Positions 9,501 through 19,969 of a stretch of DNA of 64,000 nucleotides are shown here, piece after piece. Every line of letters starts with the position of its first letter. Position 1 is the first letter of the stretch. Made by a program: the position numbers and the translations under genes. This stretch comes from Vermamoeba vermiformis (lineage: Eukaryota), in contig JBEWZL010000108.1 of assembly GCA_045837725.1 (NCBI GenBank), positions 1-64,000 of the forward strand, written 5' to 3'. Under the pieces are notes generated by a model that saw only the letters and a program-made list of their open reading frames with translations, did not search any database and was not told the DNA's origin.

Positions 9501-12500
9501 CGCCGCAGAATTGTGGGTTAAATTGAAGTTCCATACAGTACTCGTAGGCAGTGTCGTAAGGGAGATCTTGATCATTAAACCAGGCTCCGTTGCACTGATA
9601 GATTGGACATGCATCGGTTGAGTTTTTCACCTGCAAGCAGAAAGGTTATTAGCTGCATGTCAAACACACGAGGTTAGTAGTAAAAATCATACATCTTCTC
9701 TGTACCAAAAGGTGTCAAAAAAGGAGCACGTAACGTATTTGAATTCATTAAACCATTGTTGAAGAACTTGTTCGCGGCTACCAGTAGTGTCGATTGTTAC
9801 GTTCAGTCTAGTGCCAAGACGATCTAACACCGACGGGAAAGTGCTGTTTAGGATGCACTAGAAAACGACATTATTAGTTGGTCAAGAACATTAAGCTACA
9901 CTTACCCAGGTTCTATCACCGTAGTCGTCAACTGAGTCGCAAGCAGTGTAGTTGAACAATAGATCGCGGAATGCATTGTACTGTGCGAAGTAATGAGAAT
10001 AATTGACAGGACGAATAAATCTTACGTTGATAAAGTTCGCGTCACAACCAACAAGCGGGTGATTTTGTCGTGCGGCCACTTGGAAATACCGTTCTGCCAA
10101 GTTCTCAACGCACACCGCGGAGACACATTGGTCTTTGATAGCGTTGGACGAGACCGCAATCAAAGACTGGGTAGGGAAGCTTGCATTTTGTACGCCGCAG
10201 GTGTTATTCACAACTACTGGCGGGTCGCTTTTCGCAGTACCACTGGAGAATTGCTGTACGCAAAATAATAGTCAGTTGTGCACCGAATAATACTCAAAGT
10301 ACATACCCAAGTCGACGACTGCATGCAACAAGGGTCTTTGTCAAACGCAGGGTCGTCCTAATCGACTTCGTTAGCTGGCTATCCTTTCTTGCTTACTTTG
10401 CTTACCCAGCTCGTAACGCATCTGTCCGTCACTGTTGACTCTTGCGTCGTGTCCGTTACCAGAAATCCCTCAGCAAAAGATTGACACGCCTGATAGCTAT
10501 CGTACGCTAATATTCCGTGCAACTACAAAAACATTTTGATTAGAACGGACCTTGTCCTCTAACGATAAACCTACCTCGAGGCGAAAAGAATTGATGATCA
10601 GTTCGTCTTTAAAGTCCGATAATTGCCTCATAATCTGGGTGATTCGCTTGTGATGCTCGTTGAATTTGCGATAGTTACAATCAGGCAGTTGCTTTGGCAC
10701 GAAAGTCGTATTCACGAAAATTGGCTGAACAAAACTACAATTTAATGATATGATAAAATGATTAGCTACCTTGTAACTTACCTTGCCTTGAGAATCCGCA
10801 AGTCGCGTAAAGAACATTCGGCCCGCTTCGAAATCACCTGTAGTTATCCTTCTGAAGCCGTAACTATTGAGAGGTCTTTCAGATAACACCACCGCTACCG
10901 CGTATCTATTACTATTCAGAGGTGTAATGGTCACGCCCTGCAAGCTGCAAGAAAAAGGTTAATCCACGCTGTGGTATTCGAGATTTGTCCTTACTTCGCA
11001 TCGTTATCTCTTGTCATGCGAGGAGGACCAGGCAAGAGTGGGTTTACTTCTTGGCCACTGTACAAGTGCCAGTAGCCTGCACAACCATTTTCATACGCTT
11101 CAAACGAATCGCACATAAATCTCTCTCGGGGCGTATGGATAAATGAAGTTGCCGATAGCGCAGACGTAAGAGAACGTGCAGGGTAATCAGATATCTTTCG
11201 GGTAAACAATAACCCTAGAAAAAAGTTAACACCGAGTATTCGTCATATTTCGTTGAACATACCTGGATTGGTAGAGATTCTGATGGTCAATGAATCTTCT
11301 TCTTTAGGGGTCACTTTCATGCTGGGTACTGCGAGGTACAAGAAAGTGTTTTCCTACGCTCGATTAGTAATCCAACTGACACAAACCTGCGCACTTACCT
11401 GCGTGACGCAAAAAGTTTGCACGTTTCGCTCTCTCGCAGACGTTTCAAGGAGCAATGTGCTGGGATCTGTTCCACCAAGAACATAATCGGGGAACGGATT
11501 CGTCAATGAAAGCACGCTAGAAAAATGTTAGCTGATAGTTGTCAGAATTGATTGTACGTACTAAGGATGATTGGAGAATATTGTCAAGGGAAGAGGGCAT
11601 TGCACAGGAAGTTGCAGCGAGAAAAACATCGAACTGTTGCCGGTTGGATCCATGATCGTGTAAAACTCGACGTCGTCCTTCACGCATGAGTGATTGGATG
11701 TCGCGGGTGTGCACGTCTCATTTGTAGCGACCGATGTCGGCAATGCTACAGATTATTATTAGTGACCACTGGCAATTAAATTCGGTGTGAAAAGAATCTT
11801 ACGTGTGCTTCTTAAGGACAAAGAAAAACCGGTCCCGCGCACTGTGTTACTTGTGGCAGAGATGCGAACCAAGTACGTTCCAGGAAGATAATTATTGCCA
11901 TTACTGCCAGTAGGGCACAGTAATACCGAGTCTGGATTTTGTTGGACACTGCGGAGGTTTACGTAGTAATCAAACGCTGCTTCTTTAACAAGAATGTGGT
12001 CGGATGCGAGTGCAACAGATAGTTGCAGATCTCCGTCGAAAGCGAACAATTCCAGTAAGTGAATGTTGCACGAGGAATTGGCATCTATATAAAAATTTGT
12101 CTGTCAGATGCAACGGAGATTCAACCGAGATCACTCACCAACGAAGAATGCAAAGTACTTGTTTTGCTCCGTATCCTCAATCACGCTCTCTAAGAGTCCA
12201 CCGTTGGTAACGAGCTGTAGGCGAACGTAATTAGCATAAATTAAATTTAAAAATGTGGAGACGCATCCACGCGAAATGGAATTTTCTTTTGGTCTTCCTT
12301 TTTAGTAATGATTACGAATAGCACAAACTAATTTAGTCTTAACTGATTTATGTCAACTTACGAAGGGCAACGTGCACGCCTCGGAGATCGGGCAAGGACA
12401 TAACGTATCATTCGCTCTGCTTCCTGCGCAGATTTCTGGATCTCTGTAGTCACAAAGAGCGCACGATGGGATGAGAGAGGGGCACTCATAATCACAATGA

Positions 12501-12869
12501 CCTAATTGAAAAAAACAGTTATGAAATTTAACGTTGCGCGAACTGACATTTCGCTTTTCTGCGCTTACCGTAGGTTTCCAATATTGAGAGAGGCTCGTCA
12601 AAGTCCACCTCGTATATTCCCTACTCATTTTGTTAAAATGGTTCTACTTCTGTCAAACATTTTCACGGTTACCAGTTCAAATCTGTCGTGGAGTGAATCA
12701 ACAAGCTTTCGCTGGAAAGTCTGAGTTAGCAATTGTGAAAGTAAATGTGGAATACATTTCAGGAATTAAGTACCTGATGTGTTGCGCTTAAAATGTTTGC
12801 GCCATCCACGCCAAAAAGAATGCTCAACAACATACAGAGCGCTATCAAGACCAAATGCCGCGTTATCAT
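6547..12869 (-). CDS. Large multi-exon membrane protein: signal peptide, Cys-rich ectodomain, C-terminal THH1/TOM1/GPR137-like multi-TM domain
   Basis: Starts MITRHLVLIALCMLLSILFG at 12869. Many short GT-AG introns link the minus-strand ORF pieces. TM exons include ICYVFTLGFSGY, IELPSFLYFSTLSVYVIVW and LLVQCLYFLLLLV. A Ser/Thr tail ends at 6547. Exon boundaries were not all resolved. Confidence 0.7.
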
Positions 12870-13615
12870 CGCGAGGTGATTAGCGAAGAGGCGACGTGTG
12901 GTATTTAGTTGATGATTTTAAAATTTTGCTGCTGTCAATTAAACCGAGAAGTTGACAGGACTATCACACCACCTTTATTTTAAAACGTGATCGGTGAAGT
13001 ATCGCGTCAACTATTCGACCTATCATTGTGGAGTGGAGTTTGGTGGGACGGCATCGTGACCAAAGGTTGCATCTGTTTCGTTGGTGACCAACTATTTTTA
13101 GCTCGTGAATTAAAGTTTCGGCTCCAACAATAAGTATTAATTAACGGAACACAACTTAAGAAATTGCCCTGTATAGTACCTTTAACTCGTAACCAACTAC
13201 TACTAGTGCCGGGTTGTTACCGCACTTCTGCTCGATCGAGTTTTGGATCGGAAAACGCAAAAAATCACCCTATTTTTGTTTTATTAATTCGAATCGATTA
13301 TTATGTAATGCGAAAAATAGTACCACAAGAAAACTATTATGCAATTTTAATGCTCGCAACACAAAAATGCAAAGAGATCGAGCCATCATTAGCTTGAAAC
13401 AAATATTTCGACTCTGCATTAATTAAAAATATTCAATTATCACTAGTAATTATTTCTTAAAACATAAATTAGGAGAAGAAAAAGTACCTGCGAAGCTAAG
13501 AACGCTTGTTGTAGAGAATCCTTGGTACTATCCTTTAAAGCACTCCAAAAAATAGCGGCTGTAGTTACGATGGTCCGCTCATTCAAGCTTGAATAAAATG
13601 AATTAACAACTTTTT

Positions 13616-14451
13616 GGTAGGAAGTATTTATCAGGAGCTACGTGGAACAACGAAGTTCCGCTAAACTTTAGCAAAAGTTTTGCTCCGTGCTGAACTTTTG
13701 CCAACCATTGTCTAAACTTTGGTCATTTTACCTGACCTAAATATATATGGGCATGTCGCGTGCCGCAATCCGTTACAATCCGTCTGTTTAACACCACAAA
13801 CCACTGTCAAGTTTGAGGAAGGAATTTCATGGCAACATCATTTATGTGTGCAGCGATATCACATGCCAAGAGAGACGCGTGATGTGAGAGCACCAGGTCG
13901 GAAGCAGCCTTGAGCCCATTACTTAAATTTTAGATATAAAGATATATAAAATATTTTGATGTACCTAATGGACCCTGATAATGCCCGCATTAATTCCTCA
14001 GCGAAAAATAAAATTTTATGTCTCTCTCATGAATACTATATTCGCATAACCGATTTATGCCCCTATGATAATTAAGGATACAACAATCATTCGAAAGAAG
14101 ATTAATGCTCATTAAAATCAATTATAAAGTAACAATGAGAGATCTCGCTGGTTTGCGGGGGAAACGTAATATGAGATTTATTGTTGGAGCTGTCGTTTGT
14201 GATGCAGAATTCAGTCGAGGTGATAGTAGCTTGAAAAAGAGGAGGGTGTGTCGGACGGATATGATGGTGTCCGGGTAAAAAAAGGTCAAATTGTGAACAC
14301 CAAAAAGCCTCCCTTGGCCCCTGCGTACCATTGCAAAAGTTTTGCCGATGATCGACAAAAGTTTAGCACAACTTTGGTACGGAGCAAAACTTTTGCTAAA
14401 GTTTAGCGGAACTTTGTTGTTCCACGTAGCTCCTGATAAATACTTCCTACC
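13616..14451. mobile_element. MITE / non-autonomous TIR DNA transposon (Merlin/IS1016-like or MULE-like ends)
   Basis: ~73-bp near-perfect TIRs (GGTAGGAAGTATTTATCAGGAGCTACGTGG...) at 13616 and, inverted, ending at 14451. 8-bp target duplication AACTTTTT at 13608-13615 and 14452-14459. No transposase ORF. Confidence 0.88.
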
Positions 14452-14998
14452 AACTTTTTTGTTTTTTGGTTTTTTTTTACCAACATTAAATTGACTCTAT
14501 TAATACAACTACAAGGCCGAGCTTATATTTCTATGTCGCACTATTACACCTTCTTGAATATTCATAGTTCAATTGCAACACGGGCCAGATCTGTAAGTCC
14601 GAAATTAATCCTGACGTAATTTCTTTTTTATAATAATATTAAAATAAAATAAACAAATACCGTAACCGTATACGGAGATACGGGTAAATGATAGTATGTA
14701 GATTTGGTCCCCTTGGAAGATTACGGACGAAAATGAATAAATTTTCTTATTCGAGCTCAGGTCAGTCTACACCGGTGCATTCAGCTGCGAGAAACTTTAA
14801 ATGCAACAGAAGCATGTGACAGGCGCGGAATAATCGGACAAAGATGATTTTGATTGGCAGGTTGAGCATAAAATTCGACGAAACCCTTCGTCTATTTCCT
14901 CACTAACCCACAACCGGTCACCACACCAGTACGCACCTATTTCGTTGTTTTTTATTCTAACGGTATTATTATTAGGTACGATTTAAACCTAGCCAGTC

Positions 14999-16083
14999 AT
15001 GTCAGTCGCGGTAGCAAAAAGAAAAACAATGTGCATCGTTTGCAAAAGAGGTAATAAGTTTACTGCGCGGCAGCCTGCAGGTGGATAATAAAATACTCCT
15101 TTTTTCTAGGAATGAGCGTCGGATCTCTTAAGATGGTAATTCGCTCTGGCTCTGTTCACATGCGTTGTTGGAAGGTAATAGTGTTGCACATAAATTATCT
15201 AACTAATTATTGTTGCAGCAACGAGGCGTGCAATCACCAACAAGCTTTGATGGCTTTTATGACCTGGATGAAGAGAAACGCGAAGAATTTTTGAAGTGGG
15301 TCAATAAATGGAAGCAAGGAAATATCGTTCATGTTAGCAACAAGCGGAAGAGAGAAGATTCGGAGTCTGATGAAGACGAAGAAATTAATGGACGCGTCAC
15401 AAAAAAATCTAAAACTATCCCGTGCGCTGAACTGCCCAAAGACGCGTGGAGTGAAATTACTCGCGTTTGCGACGTCCCTTCATTGGTTGCATTGTCGCAC
15501 GTCAACAAAACTTTGAAACAGTTGACCGAAAAAGACGAGATGTGGCGAAGTAAGTCCAGCGGATCAGGTTTCATCCGGTAAAACTATCTAACTTTAGTCT
15601 GTTAGATGCCGCTGAGGACGTTTTTCCGAGTGCTCTAACTCTGAAAAATAAATTGAAAGTTTCTTGGAAACAACTCTGCATACAAGGAGTTTACAATGGA
15701 GCTACGAACCAATCCAAGACCGTAAGTAACTATTTTTATTAACGCAAGCACTCGTCTGATGACTTTAGGGCCCCTGTGGTAATTGCGGCAAACACGCTTA
15801 TTGGGATCCGCTGTTTGATCTCTTCGTGTGTCACAAGTGTGACGGCAATGCGCCATTCACTTTCGTTAGCGAGTCAACAGCAAAGGCGCGCTACGGTCTA
15901 AATAGCGCTGAATTGGAAAGCATTCCAGCTCGTCGAAAGAAGATGCGTAGTACGGGCATGGACTGGTATGACACTCGGTCGTACGCAGTAACAACCTACC
16001 CAGAATTGCTTTTGGAGAGATTCGTTAAGGCAAGAGAAAAGACCAAAGATGTGCACAAAGGCCACAAAAAGCAAAAAGTCTAG
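14999..16083 (+). CDS. PARP-type zinc finger + F-box + XPA-like C-terminal domain protein (5 exons)
   Basis: Spliced in frame: CIVCKR...HMRCWK...SFDGFYDLDEEKREEF (zf-PARP pattern); LPKDAWSEI...LSHVNKTLKQLTEKDEMWR (F-box); CGNC...FDLFVCHKC...VSESTAKARYGLNSAEL (XPA-like). Confidence 0.75.
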
Positions 16084-16353
16084 CAAAATCAAAGCCTCTG
16101 CCGTAGTTATTAATAAACGACACTATCCATATTTATAAGACTTAGTAGGCGTGCAATCGCCAACAAGTTTGATGTCTTTTCTGACCTGGATGACTTAGTA
16201 AGCTGTTCATAATTGGATCCGAAACTTCGTGCAGCACGGAACTATTTTTGCAACAACAAAATTTGTGCCAGTTACTTTCAATCCTTTTGACAGAGAACAC
16301 ACTTAATTTAGTTAATACCGCGAATATTTATTTCTTAGTAATCAAGGCAAGTT

Positions 16354-17953
16354 ATGAGCAAACGACGAAGTAGCAGATTGCAACAGCTCGAAGAACCAGA
16401 AACTTCTTCTCCAGCCAAAAATAACGAGAAAAATAGTAATAAATCGACTCCTAAGCGAGGAAAAAATAGCAAAGGCGAAAAAGATACGCCAAATTCAAAA
16501 GAAAAAAAATCTTCGTCGGATGAGAAAAACCCGCGAGAGACAACCAAAAATAATAGACGAAAATCAGACCAAAAAATAAACGTTACAAATACCTCTACAG
16601 ATAAATCTGCCAACGACACACCAAAGAAACGAGGTCAAAAGCGAAAGGCTTCATCCGACGAAAACTCTGAAGAACCGAAAAACAAAAAGCAAAAAACGTC
16701 AGACGAGATAATCGAAGAAGACGATGTCGTGCCATTTGAAGAGAGCTCTTCCTCGCAACGAAGAAGATCAGGCAAATCTGTTGAAGAGAAGGCTGACGAG
16801 ATTCTTGACATCCGCGCCGAACAATGGCAAGAAATCGATAAATTTGATCTTGCAGGAACAGACGAGACTGGAGGAAAGGAGAAGTTAGCCGTTTATAATC
16901 GATTGAGCGACACAGATGTCAACACTCCCGAAGGACAACGAAAACTAGCTCGAACAACCGCTGTTGTCACTTCAAACGGAAAAAAAGTGAAATTCAATGC
17001 ATACGCAGGTACCAAAAAATCGACAGAATAATATTAAAAGCTTTTTTATTTACGACGGATTTATTTTCAGATCTGCTCAGTGGCGACCGAGATGACCTCA
17101 GCTTCTTGACTCCTGATGATAAGGATGAATCTGAGGAAGTAGAAAAGAGAAAACGAGAGTTCTTCAGGAGATTAAGGTCAGTTTTTTGACTGCAGACGTC
17201 CTAACAAAGCTAACTTTGTTATCTTACAGCGAGCGATTACAACCGCTCGACCAAGAGGAAAGAGCCGCAGAACTTAAAAGAATTTATCACCAATTGCAAC
17301 AAAAAAAGAAAAGACGCGTGACAAATTATCCAATGCAGTCAAGTAAGTTTCACCGATTCTTTGCCTTCTTGCACTGACTAATAGCATTATCGCTAGCTCC
17401 CGTCGCTGTATCGAAGCCTAAGAAGGCTCCCAAAACTGCTCCCAACGTCCTGCGCACTAACCCGCTGCGTAATCCTACCAGTCCCACCAAATTCAACGCA
17501 CCAGCTGCTAAGACTAAGAAGGCACGCAACGATGAGCACGAGGACAACACTAATCAAGATAACGATGATAGAATGGATTTGGTCGAAGAAGAGAACGCGT
17601 CACCGAAGAGAAAGACCTCACCAAATAAAGCAAAGGGCACGACCAAAAGTTTAACAGCAACACCTAAGAAGGGAAGCGAGACTACTAAGAGCGCCAAAAA
17701 GACTACTAATAACAAAGCAACGTCTTCAACGCCTGCCAAGACGCCTGTTAAGAGTACGAAAAGCGACACTAAAGGCACACCGAAGGCATCGAGCACGAAC
17801 AAGAGCACGCCGAGCAAAGCCAAGGCTACGCCAAGTAAGACAAAGAGCACGCCGAGCAAGGCTAGTCCAGCACCGTCAAAGAAAGCCAGCCCTAAAAAGA
17901 CTGGTACTAAACCTGCACGTGCCCGAGCTCGTCCCACACGCTTGTCCTTGTAA
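16354..17953 (+). CDS. Low-complexity Lys/Ser/Thr-rich nuclear protein with H1-like SPKK/TPSK tail
   Basis: ORF 16354-17009 continues through short introns to 17953. NLS-like KKRGQKRK and many (S/T)P(K/S)K motifs. Confidence 0.7.
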
Positions 17954-18569
17954 ACTGTTAATCTTGTACCCATATATTAGTAAAAATGTTAATAACTACA
18001 CAGGGTCAAGCCTCTTAGTATCGCGCTGCTTTTTTCGGGAGGGATGTAATTACATTGAAACTTATTATTTTTGAATAATAATTGAAAAACTACCTAGAAT
18101 TAAGAATAACTCGTCGCTCTAAGAGAAATAACACCTTTATAACCATGTCGAAGGAGGGCTGAACCTCAGAGTGCTCCGCAGCAAGTATTTAAGGTATTTA
18201 ATTTTTAGGGAGATAGTGTCGCCGCCAAGCCCATAAGAAGAATTTGAGGTTAAAGATCGATGGTTAATTTATTGCACTTTGCCATACCACCGGTAGAGGT
18301 TGGTGCCGATTTATCTCCTGTCGTGCCGATATGAGTGCACTCTCGACCGGACGATAATGTAGAGCAGCACTGCGGCTTTTCAAGATAGAACCATATACCA
18401 ACGTGTAAATGAGAATATATTTAAGTAAACACTCATGTAGCTCTTTAGAAAATAACAGGTATTTTTCACGAATCGGGTTGCATCCGGTGGTATTGCGAAG
18501 CCCTTAGCTTACTTTAATGTAAATAAACTCTTTAGATGCTGTTTTATCACATATTTATACGGCCGTGCC

Positions 18570-18610
18570 GTGTAAAAATTACACTGTTACACGTCCGTGT
18601 AATTTTTACA
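18570..18610. promoter_or_regulatory. Perfect 15-bp inverted repeat upstream of the 18781 gene
   Basis: GTGTAAAAATTACAC-11 nt-GTGTAATTTTTACAC, with further TTACAC/GTTAC motifs up to 18760. Regulatory role is inferred from position only. Confidence 0.45.
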
Positions 18611-18780
18611 CTGCACGAAAAAAAATTACACGTAAGTTTCAGCAGTGTAATTACTTATCGCCTCCCCTTTTTTCGTCGTGCTACGGTTCGAGAACCAAAA
18701 AATGCGTATTTTTATTCCTTTCTCCAAGGTACAACCACGTTACTTGTTACGTTACGGTTACTTTATTTATTTACATAATT

Positions 18781-19383
18781 ATGGCGAAACTTACTGGACC
18801 TAAGGAGTTGCACGTCACGGTAGTGCAAGCTTTTCAGCCTCAATTTTTGATCGAGAACATGAAAAATAAAAATCATCCGAATCAATGCGTGCTTCAACTC
18901 CAAGTTGAACAGTTCAACTATATCAAAGATTTTGTGGCCGATTCAAAATTATTTAAAAAGGCGGAGAATTCGATCATTGTAGATTACAAAAGTTTGGGTC
19001 CTTTGCCGAATCCTGGAGATACTGGACTGCTACGAATCGTGGATAGAATTAGTGGAGGAAATACCTACCGCAATATCTCATTTTTGCCTGACAAAGAAAA
19101 GTTGGAACCACGAGCAACAAATCTTCTCACTTCCAGCGATCCAATCACGGAGAAATCTGATGCAAGCACAGACGACTCGGTACCATCACCGAACAAAGAA
19201 CTTAAGAAGCTGTTTGGCAGCGACACCATCGAGAAGCGTGACCCAGCGGATACGATCCAACCCATCTCGGAAGCTACGGCCCAACACTTGGTATCTGAGC
19301 TACGAGACATGCGAGGTGAGATGCGCGAGCTGAAGATTGCCTTGATGGAGCTTACTGTCGCGTTGAAGGCTTTACGCAAATAG
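18781..19383 (+). CDS. Intronless hypothetical protein (200 aa): beta-rich N-terminus, disordered linker, C-terminal coiled coil
   Basis: ATG at 18781 follows an AT-rich leader. C-terminus LVSELRDMRGEMRELKIALMELTVALKAL has a heptad pattern. Confidence 0.65.
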   Translation: MAKLTGPKELHVTVVQAFQPQFLIENMKNKNHPNQCVLQLQVEQFNYIKDFVADSKLFKKAENSIIVDYKSLGPLPNPGDTGLLRIVDRISGGNTYRNISFLPDKEKLEPRATNLLTSSDPITEKSDASTDDSVPSPNKELKKLFGSDTIEKRDPADTIQPISEATAQHLVSELRDMRGEMRELKIALMELTVALKALRK

Positions 19384-19969
19384 AACAAACACTCGATCAC
19401 ACTAGCTGCTTTCGAGTAAGTTTGTTGTTTCAATGACGGTTACAATTCTAGTTAATTAGAATATTAGTTTCGAAATGATAATTGCAGTTACAGAATAAAT
19501 TTGATTTTTGGTTGAAATTGTCGTAGTATTTGGATTGGATCTGCATCTCGTGCGTATAAACGTTAACGAGTATCAGTATACTTTTAGGTGATAGATAAAA
19601 TAATAGTAATAATCAAGCTTTGGTACTATCATGGTACCGAGCTAATCGCAACGAGATAGATCTTTTCATCTGCTGTCAAGCAGGAAATTTGCGCTGGTAT
19701 ACTAAACGTTCTTGTAGATCCACTTGAGGCGATACGAACGTCGCTTATCTAGTAATTGAGATGCACGTAGTAGACAAAATATGGAGAAAATTCAGTAGAA
19801 AGTCGGTGAACAAGTGGCAAATCCGATGAAATTCTCGCTAATTTGACTGGGATTTTTGAAATCGTCGCGATGAGCACCTGACGGGATTAGATAAATGGAC
19901 GTGCATTCAGTCATTTTATTTCAATCAATCTTTTAATCAATACTAAAAACAACAACAAATAATCTCGAA

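Noticed and set aside
18565-18780. N-terminal extension of the 272-aa ORF
   Set aside because: GTG start running through an AT-rich dyad region; ATG at 18781 is the credible start.
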